A DNA stretch of 58,510 bases, from positions 1 to 58,510 of the forward strand of contig JANPLU010000036.1 of the NCBI GenBank assembly GCA_031422435.1, in the 5' to 3' direction. The notes under the pieces were generated by a model, which had not been told where the DNA came from, searched no databases, and saw nothing but the letters and a program-made list of their open reading frames with translations. Positions within the stretch are counted from its first letter, which is position 1. Each line of letters opens with the position of its first letter. Of this stretch, positions 10,336 through 21,001 are shown in pieces. A program made the translations under genes and the position numbers. The DNA comes from Acaryochloridaceae cyanobacterium VAR_48_metabat_390. GTDB taxonomy: Bacteria > Cyanobacteriota > Cyanobacteriia > Thermosynechococcales > Thermosynechococcaceae.

Positions 10336-11772
10336 ATGGGCAAAGTAAGCTGGCAAAAGCCTTGGGTTATTGCGCTTGTTGGCGTAGGTGTCATCGGTCT
10401 TGGGGCGGGTACTTTTGCATTGGTGAAAGGAAATAGCGCCTCCATTGACCTGGATAAATATACGGTTGCGGTCAAGGCAGAACCGTTTACCCTACGGATT
10501 GCCGCCACTGGAAGCATTACCCCTGTCCAGAGTGTAAACTTGAGTCCTAAAACTGCTGGAGTGCTAAAACAACTGCTGGTAGAACAGGGCGATCGCGTGG
10601 CGCAGGGGCAGATCATTGCCTACATGGATCAGGCCGATCTCAAAGGACAGCTCCTGCAGGCGCAGGCAAGTGTCGCGCAGGCGCAAGCGAACTTAGACAA
10701 ACTGCGCAACGGCAGCAGACCAGAAGAAATTGCTCAGTCTCAAGCGCGTCTAAACCAGTCCCAGCAGCAGCTTTTAGCACTTCAAAATGGCAGTCGCACC
10801 CAAGATATTGACCAAGCCGTCGCCCAAGTTGTGGCAGCACAAGCCCGTGTTAACTTAGCCCAGTCTAAATTAAGGCAGTATTCTCAACTTAAGAATGCTG
10901 GAGCCGTAAGCCTAGAGCGTTTTAATGAGGTGAGTGCCGATGCTCAAACGACCGTGGCTGACTTAGCCGTTGCGCAGCAAAAGCTGAATTTGCTGAGGAC
11001 TGGTTCTCGAAGTGAAGAGATCGGACGTGCCCAGGCGAATGTCTCTGAAACCCGTGCAGGGTATACTTTAGCCCTAAAAGGTAGCCGCGCTGAAGATATT
11101 CGTCAGGCAGAAGCGCAGGTAGACTCGGCGGTGGGTCAGCTTCAGGTGGTTCAGTCGCGGCTGGCAGATACCGTCATTCGTGCGCCGTTTGCAGGCATTG
11201 TGACGCAGAAATATGCGACGGTGGGTGCATTTGTTACGCCGACTACCTCAGCTTCTAGCACCTCTTCTGCCACCTCTACTTCCATTGTGGCCGTAGCGCA
11301 AAATCTTGAAATTTTAGCGAAGATTGCAGAAGTCGATATTGGTCAAATTCGCATCGGTCAACCCGTCGAAATTAATGTAGATGCCTACCCAGATCAGGTG
11401 TTTCAAGGTCGGGTTCGATTGGTTTCGCCTGAGGCAGTAGTGGATCAAAATGTGACGACGTTTCAGGTGCGAGTCTCTATTTTGACGGGGCAAAAGCAGT
11501 TGCTTTCTGGCATGAATTCTGATTTAACCTTTTTAGGAAAGAAAGTGGCAAATGCCCTCGTAATTCCGACAGTGGCGATCGCCACTCAAAAGGGCGAGAC
11601 AGGGGTTTACCTCCCCGACACGGAAAATAAGCCTAAGTTTCAGCCTATTACGATTGGGGCATCAGTCAAAACGCAAACCCAAGTGTTGGAGGGTCTAACG
11701 TCTGGACAACGGGTCTTTATTGACTATCCTAAAGGGCTAGAGCCAAAGCAGCCTGAGGAAGACAAAAACTAA
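10336..11772 (+). CDS. Efflux RND/ABC transporter periplasmic adaptor (membrane fusion protein)
   Basis: N-terminal TM, lipoyl half-motifs, long coiled coil with GSR(P/S)EEI repeats, IRAPFAG. Confidence 0.9.
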   Translation: MGKVSWQKPWVIALVGVGVIGLGAGTFALVKGNSASIDLDKYTVAVKAEPFTLRIAATGSITPVQSVNLSPKTAGVLKQLLVEQGDRVAQGQIIAYMDQADLKGQLLQAQASVAQAQANLDKLRNGSRPEEIAQSQARLNQSQQQLLALQNGSRTQDIDQAVAQVVAAQARVNLAQSKLRQYSQLKNAGAVSLERFNEVSADAQTTVADLAVAQQKLNLLRTGSRSEEIGRAQANVSETRAGYTLALKGSRAEDIRQAEAQVDSAVGQLQVVQSRLADTVIRAPFAGIVTQKYATVGAFVTPTTSASSTSSATSTSIVAVAQNLEILAKIAEVDIGQIRIGQPVEINVDAYPDQVFQGRVRLVSPEAVVDQNVTTFQVRVSILTGQKQLLSGMNSDLTFLGKKVANALVIPTVAIATQKGETGVYLPDTENKPKFQPITIGASVKTQTQVLEGLTSGQRVFIDYPKGLEPKQPEEDKN

Positions 11773-11832
11773 TGAAGTCATGCATAAGCTTGGTATTGAG
11801 ACCCGACTAGAACTGCTCACAAGGCTAACGCT

Positions 11833-12564
11833 TCATTCTCCCTGGGGAAACTCATCCCAAAGGCTCGTCGTTTGACGAAGGCTGCTGAAATCGCCATTCC
11901 CCAAAATAAGATGATCCAAGAGCGGAATATTAAGCAGTTGTGCGCCAGAGAGTAGTTGACGCGTAAGGGCAATATCTTCAGGGCTAGGGTCTGTCTGACC
12001 GGAGGGATGGTTATGCGCCACAATCACCCGCGTTGCGCCTTGACGAATCACTTCTCTAAAAATATCGCGGGGGTGAGCAATGGTTTCGGTAGCGGTGCCG
12101 ATGCTGATAACTTGAGTGCCAAGGAGCCGATGTTTAATATCTAGCAGCAGGACGGCAAAGCGCTCTTGGGTTTGCCACATCAGCTGGTTAGCAAGTAGAG
12201 CAGCGGCAGCTTCTGGGTTTTCAATGAGGGTGGGGGCATCGGGAAGAGTGCTAAAGGCACGTTTCCCCAGCTCAATCGCTGCAACAATGGCGGTCGCCTT
12301 CGCAGGGCCAATACCAGGAATTTCCATGAGTTCCGAGACGTGGATATTGCGTAGAACGTTGAGGGGGTTGCGCTGATGTTGACCAAGCTGCTGCAATAAG
12401 TATTGGCCTAGCCCCACGGCAGACAGTTTGCCAGGGCCTTGCCCAGTGCCCAGCAAAATGGCAATCAGTTCGGCCTCAGTGAGAGTATGAGACCCTTGGT
12501 TCATGAGGCGTTCACGGGGGCGATCGCCCAGAGGTAGGTCAGCAACGCGCAGAGTATAGGACAT
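11833..12564 (-). CDS. radC: RadC/JAB-domain protein
   Basis: DRPRERL, HhH GIGPAKA, AHNHPSG...PSPED, LLDHLI. Confidence 0.95.
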   Translation of the reverse strand: MSYTLRVADLPLGDRPRERLMNQGSHTLTEAELIAILLGTGQGPGKLSAVGLGQYLLQQLGQHQRNPLNVLRNIHVSELMEIPGIGPAKATAIVAAIELGKRAFSTLPDAPTLIENPEAAAALLANQLMWQTQERFAVLLLDIKHRLLGTQVISIGTATETIAHPRDIFREVIRQGATRVIVAHNHPSGQTDPSPEDIALTRQLLSGAQLLNIPLLDHLILGNGDFSSLRQTTSLWDEFPQGE

Positions 12565-12677
12565 GGATGTATGGGCAAGGGTTCTACATTCAGATTTCCC
12601 AGAAATAGCCTAAGCGCGATCTATGGACACGAAAACCATAGTGATGAGCAACCGACCTTAGCAAACCCCAGATCCCG

Positions 12678-15524
12678 CTACAAAACTTCTACAATGCCTC
12701 GATAGCCATCCACACGTACTTTTTGCCCATTTTTGAGACGTTGGGTTGCCTGGGAAATATCCATCACGGCCGGAATGCCGTATTCGCGGGCAATAATGGC
12801 TCCGTGGGAGAGTCTACCGCCCACTTCTGCCACAATGCCACCCACCTGAGCTAACACAGGCGACCAGCCAGCATCGGTGTAGGGTACCACCAAGATAGTT
12901 TGGCGAGAGAGCGAGGTTGGGATCTGACGGAGCGATCGCAGCACCTGCACCGTCCCTTCTACAATGCCAGGGCTAGCGCCAATCCCGTACAGAGATCCGG
13001 CGGCAGGGGTAGGATTTTGCAGAACGCTGAGGGGCGGGGGCATTCCATATACGACCGTAGGCACTCCCGTAAGTTCCTGAGCAAGTTCAAACTCGCGGCT
13101 TCGCGCCACAACCTGTTGAGATAGCCTTGTCTTGAGCGTAGGAGAGGGCTGTGTGACCCACTCACGAAGTTCACTAAGGGTGAGAAAAAAAATATCGCCT
13201 GTCTGCTGAAGCAGCCCTTGAGAGAGCGCATCTTGTTCTAAGGCCAGCAACGCATAGCGCAACTCTGCCAACAAACGGCTGTAGACTTCGGCAACCTGAC
13301 CTTTCAGGGTTAACCGCTTTTGTACAATTCGAGTGACTAAACCTTGGCGCTTTGCTAGCGCTGGTGCTGGCGTAGACCCAAGATTTTGCAAGAGTAGCCA
13401 GACGGGCTGCGGATCTTCTTTCCAGGTTGGGATAGAAATGTCAGTGGCAACATCGCTCAAGTAACCATACTGCGCTAAGAACGCTTCCATCTCAGGTTGA
13501 AGAGATTCAGCATTGAGGGTGGATGAGTGATGCGAGGCAAGATTATGGAGTGATCGCAGTGCTGCCATCTCCGGCAACACAGACGTATCGAGGGCAGCAT
13601 CTTCAACCCGCCAGAGCTTTTGCCGCACCGCAGCGCTGATGGGTGCCAAAATGCTAAAAAATGTGGCGCTATGCAAGGCCGAAAGCAGTGCGTCAATCCG
13701 CTCTAGGATGGCTGTGGGGCTTGACAAAGAAGGCTGTGTAGCAATCTCCAATAGCGGGGAAAAGGCCGTGCGGTTTTGTTGGCGAAAGGCACTGGGCAAT
13801 GTCCATTCTTGAAGCAGCAGCTTTGTTAGCCCTGGTAAGGTTTTAAGCATTGCCACAGGCGAAGGGCGACCCATTGGGGCACCCCGCGTCAAAAATTCTA
13901 GACTTTCAGCCGGTAGACCCATCCGACGAAAGAGCTGACCGAGCAGCGTTACATTAAAGTAGGCGTGACCGTAGTGCAGTGTTGCAAGCTCCTGCACCTT
14001 AAACGGATCAGAGCGTCCACCTAAAATAGATTTAAATAAATCTGCCCAAACGCTGCAGGTCAGCGGCTGGTTGATAGACCAGGTGAGAGGCCGAATTACC
14101 CCAGGAATTACCTCCGCCGCAATGCGACGAGTCCAGATGGGCAGTAGCGTGGTAATAGTTCGCGTTTGAAGCACCCAGAGCGTTGTGCCGTCGTAGGTCC
14201 ACTCCATGTCTTGAGGAACGCCGTGGTACCGTGCTTCTAGATCTCGAACCAGGACTGCAACCCGCTCAATAATCTCTGCCGGAATCTGGCCTGCTTCTCC
14301 CGTAATCACCCCTTTAAACACCCCATTGGCAGCCGTGCCTAGCGCTGGGATTGTGACTAAATACCGCTCTGGCGTAACGTGACCTGACACAACATTGGTG
14401 GCAAGCCCTAGCAACCCTTCGATCGCTACCGCCTCCCCATCCCCAGAAGATGGGTCACGGCTAAAGGCCACGCCCGAATATTGCCCCTGGATTTGGCGCT
14501 GCACAATCACTGCCATTCCCCCTTCCGCAACGCCTCGACTTTGACGATACTGAGCGGCGACGGGGTCATCGTAGCAGTCTTGGCACTGGGCGATCGCCCG
14601 TCTTAACCCTTCCCTTGAGGTCACGTCTAACACCGTTTGGTACTGCCCCGCCGCTGAAGCCTGATTGGAGTCTTCTCCCATAGCAGAAGACCGCACCACC
14701 CAAGGCTGCTCCACGCTCGGATGGATGGCCTTAATTAACGGCTCTGCGTCATCGCCTGGGGGCAATACCCACCCCTCTGGTACTGAGAAGCCCCAGCGGA
14801 TAAGCTGTGCTAAGGTTGCGGCCTTTTGACCCACTTTCTCTGCAAGTAAAGGCTGATTTAAAGACACCAAACCGCTAGTTCCTCCCAAAAGCTCAAATGC
14901 ACCCTGACTTTCTGTATTGGCCTGTCCCGCCGGAAGCGCTAGGTCTTCGGGGCGTTGAGTGTAGACCCAAGCCAACAGAGCAGAGAGGGCGATCGCCATC
15001 AGAGTCTCAGCTAAGTCCTGCCGCAGCAGCGCAATCACAATGGGCAATAACATCAACGCCAGCCAGCGAATTTTCCGTCGCTCTGGCACCACCGCTGTCA
15101 TGCCCCCACTCACCAAAAACATGCTCAGCGCCACTCGCCAGTCGTAGACCGTCACGCCCCACACGACATTGGTGGTACCGACCCCACGCCCAAGCCAAAA
15201 GCGACCCGCCACTAGCGCCACCAGTGCCGCCAGTTCTAATGTCGGATTGGGTGGCAGCAGCGCCCGCACCCCCAATACGCATCCAATTCCTTTCGCCGCC
15301 TCTGCCAACACCGAACATACGCCTACACCAGTCCCACCGTGGTAGAACGCCGCAGATACGCCAATGTTGCCTGTGCCCAAATCCTTGAGATTTTGGCCTG
15401 TCAGACCGCGCACAATCCAAGCCGTAATTGGCATTCCCCCAATGAGTGGACAGCCTACCACCAGAAACAGAATGCCCCACCCATCGTTAATAGATATCAA
15501 GGCTAAGACTCTCCCCGTTGCCAT
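12678..15524 (-). CDS. Fusion of a PlsY-like membrane domain, a PEP/pyruvate-binding ATP-grasp domain and a phospho-His swivel domain
   Basis: GTGNIG PlsY-like motif with TM helices; VVRSSAMGED..ASAAGQY; DMEW; GGRLSHGAIIAREYGIPAV. Confidence 0.85.
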   Translation of the reverse strand: MATGRVLALISINDGWGILFLVVGCPLIGGMPITAWIVRGLTGQNLKDLGTGNIGVSAAFYHGGTGVGVCSVLAEAAKGIGCVLGVRALLPPNPTLELAALVALVAGRFWLGRGVGTTNVVWGVTVYDWRVALSMFLVSGGMTAVVPERRKIRWLALMLLPIVIALLRQDLAETLMAIALSALLAWVYTQRPEDLALPAGQANTESQGAFELLGGTSGLVSLNQPLLAEKVGQKAATLAQLIRWGFSVPEGWVLPPGDDAEPLIKAIHPSVEQPWVVRSSAMGEDSNQASAAGQYQTVLDVTSREGLRRAIAQCQDCYDDPVAAQYRQSRGVAEGGMAVIVQRQIQGQYSGVAFSRDPSSGDGEAVAIEGLLGLATNVVSGHVTPERYLVTIPALGTAANGVFKGVITGEAGQIPAEIIERVAVLVRDLEARYHGVPQDMEWTYDGTTLWVLQTRTITTLLPIWTRRIAAEVIPGVIRPLTWSINQPLTCSVWADLFKSILGGRSDPFKVQELATLHYGHAYFNVTLLGQLFRRMGLPAESLEFLTRGAPMGRPSPVAMLKTLPGLTKLLLQEWTLPSAFRQQNRTAFSPLLEIATQPSLSSPTAILERIDALLSALHSATFFSILAPISAAVRQKLWRVEDAALDTSVLPEMAALRSLHNLASHHSSTLNAESLQPEMEAFLAQYGYLSDVATDISIPTWKEDPQPVWLLLQNLGSTPAPALAKRQGLVTRIVQKRLTLKGQVAEVYSRLLAELRYALLALEQDALSQGLLQQTGDIFFLTLSELREWVTQPSPTLKTRLSQQVVARSREFELAQELTGVPTVVYGMPPPLSVLQNPTPAAGSLYGIGASPGIVEGTVQVLRSLRQIPTSLSRQTILVVPYTDAGWSPVLAQVGGIVAEVGGRLSHGAIIAREYGIPAVMDISQATQRLKNGQKVRVDGYRGIVEVL

Positions 15525-16957
15525 GCAGTAATAGGCGAAATGCGTGGGGGCCAGAGAAGCTTTAGGTCAGACGCATTAAACGGATCTTGAACCACAGCAG
15601 CCGACCCTTCCCCCTGCCAAGACTTTGCCCAGATGCTGCCCTGGACAAGGGCAGAAGATTTAACGATGGAGGTGGGCGCAACTAGGGCAAGGTAAAGCGG
15701 GGCACTGCTTTCTCCCTTAAGGCTAACTGCATGGGCAGGTTCGGCGGGAGCCTGTGGGGGGTAAACGTAAAGCTGAGTTCGCATAGAGGATGGCGTACCT
15801 TCTTGCTCAATTGCAGGAGTGGCTTCCTTCCCTGGTTCTTTATTCCCTGCTAAAGTTACTGGCCCGTGGGCATAGATGATGAGCGTTGAGCCAGAAGCCA
15901 GTCGAATTCTGCCGCCCCCTGTGAGGGTCAGGCCACCGTCTAGATTCAGCACTACTGTTTCTGACCCAGTTCCTACCGTCAAAACGGATGAGGAATTTGT
16001 GAGGTTAATGGACTGCCCATTCTTGGCCTGTATGCGATAGGTCAAAATGCTGTTGCTTGAATTAGTTGAGCCTGGTTGACTGGGATTGGGTAAGGTTTTA
16101 GTTTGATCTCCCAGAGCTGAAATGATTGAGATCTTAGGCAGTAGCATGGATGATGAATCATTGCCCTCAGGAGATAGCTCAGGAAAATTGATCGCCGAAA
16201 TTGTTTGATAGGCGTAGGGATTTTGGATCCGGCTTTGAAGCTGCTGGACGGGCTGAGTGGAGGCAGCATCGCCTGAACAAGTAGAGTCGCGCACATAGGT
16301 CAGAATCTGTGCTGTATCGGATGCACTTGCCGTTTGGTTCTGCTTAATCCAAAGTCCAGGCAAATCGCCTAATCCTGGATTGCGAGTGACGTTGAAGTTG
16401 ACCTTGAGCTGAGCCGTCGCGGTGCGGATCGCATCATCTGGATTGATTCGCCCTTGCACGATCAGGGTTCCGGTGCCGAGCGTCGGGTTAGCGACATCGG
16501 GCTGATACTGATAGCTCACTAACCGAAACTGTCCATCTGCTGGGTCGGCAGTAGCGTTACTCCACTGCTGGGTAGCGTAGGACTGAATGAGAGCGATGGG
16601 TTGATTGGGGTCGGTACTGCAAGGGTTTAGCGCGACGTTGGGCAAGTTAGACCAGGAAGCAGCACTGCCACAGGAGAAGCTGAGCGCGCTATCAGAACAG
16701 GCCGTTGCTAAAGGTTTGTAGCGATTAAAGAGTGCTTGAAACTGGGTAACGCCGTGTTCCGCAACCGCCACACTGCGCGCATTGGCTTTCTGGGCGATCG
16801 CCGAAATCCGATTTTGGCTGGAGCGCTCAATCATCATGATGCCCAGCAAAATAGTGATGACCCCCACGCCCAAAACAACGGGTAAAACAAACCCTTTCTC
16901 TGAAGAAGTTGCAGTCATTAAAGCGCGTGTTGAGTTGCGAAAATGCATCGCTGCCAT
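15503..16957 (-). CDS. PilX-like minor pilin / pilus-associated protein
   Basis: Prepilin-like EKG|FVLPVV followed by a hydrophobic helix; beta-rich C-terminus ending GSIWAKSW. Confidence 0.6.
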   Translation of the reverse strand: MAAMHFRNSTRALMTATSSEKGFVLPVVLGVGVITILLGIMMIERSSQNRISAIAQKANARSVAVAEHGVTQFQALFNRYKPLATACSDSALSFSCGSAASWSNLPNVALNPCSTDPNQPIALIQSYATQQWSNATADPADGQFRLVSYQYQPDVANPTLGTGTLIVQGRINPDDAIRTATAQLKVNFNVTRNPGLGDLPGLWIKQNQTASASDTAQILTYVRDSTCSGDAASTQPVQQLQSRIQNPYAYQTISAINFPELSPEGNDSSSMLLPKISIISALGDQTKTLPNPSQPGSTNSSNSILTYRIQAKNGQSINLTNSSSVLTVGTGSETVVLNLDGGLTLTGGGRIRLASGSTLIIYAHGPVTLAGNKEPGKEATPAIEQEGTPSSMRTQLYVYPPQAPAEPAHAVSLKGESSAPLYLALVAPTSIVKSSALVQGSIWAKSWQGEGSAAVVQDPFNASDLKLLWPPRISPITAWQRGES

Positions 16958-17036
16958 AACCTCTTGGGAATGCCGCTGAGCCTTACCATATCAAGTTGGC
17001 TTTAGCCCTGTCTATGGCAGTCGCTCCCGCTACGTC

Positions 17037-17693
17037 CTAGCTATAGTAGGGCAAAACCTCATCCCAGTTCGGCCTTTCGCCTTTGTGCCAAGCGTGCCAT
17101 CCTAACGTCAGTAAAGCGTTGGCAAGCAGTTGTGGGTCAATGGCATTCTCCATCTGAATCACCTGATCAATCCCTGAAGTAGATGACACTAGATGATTCC
17201 ACGCTTGCTCAGGTAAAAGCTGATCGGCAGCAACCACATTCACCAAAACTTCGGCCGCCTGGATCTGATAAATTGCGCCATAGACATTACCCTGCTGACC
17301 CGCCTGACTGACGGCAACCGTCCAGGTTTTGGCGTTAAGCGGCTCGGCAGCAACCCATGCGGCGATCGCCAGATTTGAAAAGCCAAACAAAGGTAGGCGA
17401 AGCTGCTGCGCCAAGGTACGCGCGGTTACAACCCCAATGCGGATTCCGGTAAAGCTGCCAGGGCCTTTAAGTACGGCAATCCAGGCGAGATCTGTCCACC
17501 GCTGGGGCACCATAAAATCTTGGAGCAGCGGATGCAGTTGGGTCGAGATCGCTCGCTCTAGAAACCAAGACTGGTAGCGATTAGACCCTGACGGCTGACC
17601 CAGCGCCAGGGTTAAAGCGGCAGTGGTGGTATCTAGCCCAAGGCCATAGAAATGCTCAACGGAATCAAGATTTAACGTCATTACACTGCACAA
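17037..17693 (-). CDS. tsaB: tRNA t6A biosynthesis protein TsaB
   Basis: LGLDTT and GPGSFTGIRIG motifs. Confidence 0.92.
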   Translation of the reverse strand: MCSVMTLNLDSVEHFYGLGLDTTTAALTLALGQPSGSNRYQSWFLERAISTQLHPLLQDFMVPQRWTDLAWIAVLKGPGSFTGIRIGVVTARTLAQQLRLPLFGFSNLAIAAWVAAEPLNAKTWTVAVSQAGQQGNVYGAIYQIQAAEVLVNVVAADQLLPEQAWNHLVSSTSGIDQVIQMENAIDPQLLANALLTLGWHAWHKGERPNWDEVLPYYS

Positions 17694-18041
17694 ATATGCT
17701 TAAAGCGCCGTCTTTTAGACAACAAAGATCAATCCATTTTTACCGAGAATAGGAATATTGCCCTAAAAATGTTCAATAACCGCTCAAAAAAAGCCTGTTT
17801 GGCACATTCGAGTCACATTTTCCAAAATAGCGCATCGTCCACTAAGATTTATGTAGAGTCTGAGAATATGTAACTTTACACTTATACCTGTTCTATGGAT
17901 TTCAGGTAAATCTATGAGCTGCAGTGTGTTCAAAGCGTTTTGAGCCATGTTAGTTAAGTTCTGCTTCTCCATTTCTAAAAGATCGTTATTTTCTAACCCA
18001 AGCCTTCATGGTCGAGCTTAATTAAGGACCAATAGATCTGT

Positions 18042-19199
18042 ATGGATCCTTCTCCTGAGTACTCATCAGAGCTAGTATTCGAGACTGATAGCAGTCTACA
18101 GCTTCTATTGTTTATTGATAAACGCTCTAGCTCCAAAGAGCAGTTCCGCCAAGTTCAAGATTATCTAGAAACGCTGCGCGCCACCTGTGCCTTTGAGCTT
18201 CAGATTATTGACATTGAAGATCAGCCGTATTTAGCCGAGTATTTTAAGCTGGTTATTACGCCAGCGCTGATTAAAGTTTTGCCCGAGCCACGCCACATTC
18301 TGGCAGGCAACAATCTAGTGGCGCAACTAAAAGAATGCTGGCCCAACTGGCAAAGCTCCATAGTAGCGGCGGCGTCAGAAGTACGGCTACTCCCTACTTC
18401 ACAGAATGCGTTAGCCCAGTCTGTGAAGGCCATGAAGCTATCCGATGAAATTTTTCAGCTTCGCCAAGAGAATGAAGCGCTCCAAGAGCAAGGGATGTTC
18501 AAAGATCGCATCATTGCAATGTTGGCGCACGATCTGCGGAATCCACTCACGGCAGCGGCGATCGCCTTAGAAACCCTCGAAGGGCAATGGTCTACTTCCC
18601 CCCACAAGGTTGTGTTGCCCCCAGAAACTATGACGCGGCTGGCACACCATGCGCGATCGCAGATGCAGGTTATTGAGCGCATGATCACCAATTTGTTAGA
18701 TGCCTCACGGGGCAAAAGTTCCAAACTCAAGATTCATCCCCGCAAACTCGATCTAGGTGCCCTGTGTCCTCTCATTGTGGAAGATATTCAGTCTAAAGCA
18801 GAAGCTAAAGCGCAGCATCTAAAAATGGATGTACCCCCAGATTTACCTTACGTCCATGCTGACAGCGATTATATTCGTCAAGTCTTTATTAACCTGCTCG
18901 ATAACGCGATTAAATACACCCCAGAAGGGGGGATGATTAAGCTCTGCATTCTGCACCGAACCACTCAGAAAGTGCAGGTCAGCATTGTAGATGATGGTCC
19001 AGGAATACCCCTGGGTAAGCAAAAGGCTATCTTTCATGAAACCTTTCGGCTAGAGCGTGATGAGTTAAAAGAGGGATACGGGATTGGGTTAGCGCTGTGT
19101 CAACGCATCATCCGCGCCCACTATGGTCAAATTTGGGTAGACTCCACCCCCGACGAGGGCAGCAGCTTTAATTTTACCCTCCCGGTCTATCGTGCCTGA
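18042..19199 (+). CDS. sasA: Clock-output histidine kinase SasA
   Basis: KaiB-like N-terminal domain (QPYLAEYFKLVITPALIK), H-box LAHDLRNPL, HRTTQKVQVS. Confidence 0.93.
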   Translation: MDPSPEYSSELVFETDSSLQLLLFIDKRSSSKEQFRQVQDYLETLRATCAFELQIIDIEDQPYLAEYFKLVITPALIKVLPEPRHILAGNNLVAQLKECWPNWQSSIVAAASEVRLLPTSQNALAQSVKAMKLSDEIFQLRQENEALQEQGMFKDRIIAMLAHDLRNPLTAAAIALETLEGQWSTSPHKVVLPPETMTRLAHHARSQMQVIERMITNLLDASRGKSSKLKIHPRKLDLGALCPLIVEDIQSKAEAKAQHLKMDVPPDLPYVHADSDYIRQVFINLLDNAIKYTPEGGMIKLCILHRTTQKVQVSIVDDGPGIPLGKQKAIFHETFRLERDELKEGYGIGLALCQRIIRAHYGQIWVDSTPDEGSSFNFTLPVYRA

Positions 19200-19363
19200 T
19201 CGCGCGATTGCAGTCCTGTTCCAGCCTTCTGGATTGTTCTTTGGGACTGAGTTCTAGCAATTTAGTCATAAAAGTTTATAGGTTGAGGATCTCGATGGGT
19301 TCACAACCGTAGTAGTCTGAGAGCAATTGCCCCGTTTGCAAAATCATTCTAGGGATAAAGTTT

Positions 19364-19591
19364 ATGGTTCAGCGTGGTTCTAAAGTTAAAATCCTTCGCT
19401 CAGATTCTTACTGGTACAACGAGGTCGGTACGGTTGCATCTGTAGATCAGAGCGGCATCAAGTATCCGGTCATCGTTCGCTTTGAAAAAGTGAACTACAG
19501 CGGCTTCAGCGGCAGCGCTAGCGGCGTAAACACCAACAACTTTGGTCTCCATGAGGTCAAGGAAGTCGAAGCGCCCAAGGCTAAAGCTTAG
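19364..19591 (+). CDS. psaE: Photosystem I subunit IV
   Basis: [15 protein letters not shown]...[12 protein letters not shown]. Confidence 0.97.
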   Translation: MVQRGSKVKILRSDSYWYNEVGTVASVDQSGIKYPVIVRFEKVNYSGFSGSASGVNTNNFGLHEVKEVEAPKAKA

Positions 19592-19615
19592 CATCAGATG
19601 TTTGTTTGATTTAGA

Positions 19616-19656
19616 AGACGGCTCAAGGATATTTATGATCCTTGAGCTGTTTTTTA
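19616..19656 (+). terminator. Rho-independent terminator after psaE
   Basis: GCTCAAGGAT (19621-30) / ATCCTTGAGC (19638-47) perfect 10-bp stem plus T-tract. Confidence 0.85.
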
Positions 19657-19795
19657 TTAGGCTTGATTCAAAAGAAATCAGTAAAAACGGTGAGGAGTGC
19701 GGCAATGCCAGCTACTTTAGCGATCGCCTGTGCGGGTTCCTGCCGATTAATAAACAGAACAGCCTTCAGACCCTTGCACTTCAGCTTAAACATAA

Positions 19796-21001
19796 ATGAA
19801 TGAATCTCATGAACTGCACAGCAGTACGCAGCACCCGTCACCTCGCTATTCTCTGGGACAGCTCATTCTGTATTTTTTGAAGTTGGGCAGTTGGGGTTTT
19901 GGCGGTCCAGTTGCCCTAATTGGCTATATGCACCGTGACCTCGTTGAAGAACACCATTGGATTACGGAAGCCGAATATCAAGAAGGGCTAGCGTTAGCGC
20001 AACTGGCACCAGGGCCATTAGCCGCTCAGTTAGCGATCTACCTGGGCTATGTTCATTACCGAACTGTGGGCGCTACATTGGTTGGGCTGGCTTTTGTGTT
20101 GCCGTCTTTTGTCATGGTGGTCGCTTTGGGCTGGGCTTATGTCCGTTATGGCGGCTTAACCTGGATGCAGTCTGTGTTTTATGCCGTGGGAGCCAGCGTG
20201 ATTGGGATTATTGCCCTCAGCTCCTACAAGCTTACGCAAAAAACCTTGGGCAAAGACTGGCTGCTCTGGCTGATTTATTTGGTTGTTGTGGCTGTTACCG
20301 TCATTACGGAGGCTGAACAAATTGTACTGGTGTTGGCGGCGGGTGTTTTAGTGTGGCTGGTGAAATCACCCCCCAAACAGTGGTTTCAACACAACAGGCT
20401 ATCGAGTTTTGTGGGGGTTCCGCTTCTGCCGCTGGTGGGGTTAGCGCAAGCGGCAAACCCTAACGTTTTATGGAATATCTTTACCTTCTTTGGGACCGCT
20501 GGAGCTTTTGTGTTTGGCAGTGGCCTAGCGATTGTGCCGTTCCTTTACGGTGGGGTTGTCAAAGGGTACCAATGGCTTAATCCGCAGCAGTTTTTAGATG
20601 CGGTTGCAGTTGCAATGATTACGCCAGGGCCTGTGGTCATCACGACTGGGTTTATTGGCTATCTGGTGGCAGGGTTGCCTGGGGCGGTGGTGGCGGCGAT
20701 CGCCACGTTTCTCCCTTGCTATCTCATTACGGTCTTGTGTGCCCCGTACTTCCATAAATATGGCAAACTTCCTGGCATTGCGGCTTTTGTAAATGGGGTT
20801 ACGGTGGCGGCTGTGGGTGCCATTACAGGGTCTGTCATTGTTTTGGGGCGACGGTCATTGGTGGATATACCGACCGTGGCGATCGCCTTAATCACGCTAG
20901 CCCTACTGTGGAAATTTGGCAAAAAGTTACCAGAGCCTTTGGTAGTTTTAGTGGCTGCGATCGTGGGGTTGATTGTGTACCCTCTCACCCATCAATCCTA
21001 G
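19796..21001 (+). CDS. chrA: Chromate transporter, long-chain CHR family
   Basis: GFGGP, AQLAPGP, FGSG and AMITPGP duplicated CHR motifs. Confidence 0.93.
   Translation: MNESHELHSSTQHPSPRYSLGQLILYFLKLGSWGFGGPVALIGYMHRDLVEEHHWITEAEYQEGLALAQLAPGPLAAQLAIYLGYVHYRTVGATLVGLAFVLPSFVMVVALGWAYVRYGGLTWMQSVFYAVGASVIGIIALSSYKLTQKTLGKDWLLWLIYLVVVAVTVITEAEQIVLVLAAGVLVWLVKSPPKQWFQHNRLSSFVGVPLLPLVGLAQAANPNVLWNIFTFFGTAGAFVFGSGLAIVPFLYGGVVKGYQWLNPQQFLDAVAVAMITPGPVVITTGFIGYLVAGLPGAVVAAIATFLPCYLITVLCAPYFHKYGKLPGIAAFVNGVTVAAVGAITGSVIVLGRRSLVDIPTVAIALITLALLWKFGKKLPEPLVVLVAAIVGLIVYPLTHQS

Noticed and set aside
10690..11130. Repeated GSRxEEI/D units in the membrane fusion protein
   Set aside because: Normal extended coiled-coil repeats in cyanobacterial efflux adaptors
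19265..19282. Possible HLR1 site upstream of psaE
   Set aside because: Only 6/8 and 5/8 matches to the consensus; too weak to call
19400..19799. ORFs 19400-19705 (-) and 19542-19799 (+)
   Set aside because: They overlap psaE and its terminator and carry no recognisable motifs; likely spurious
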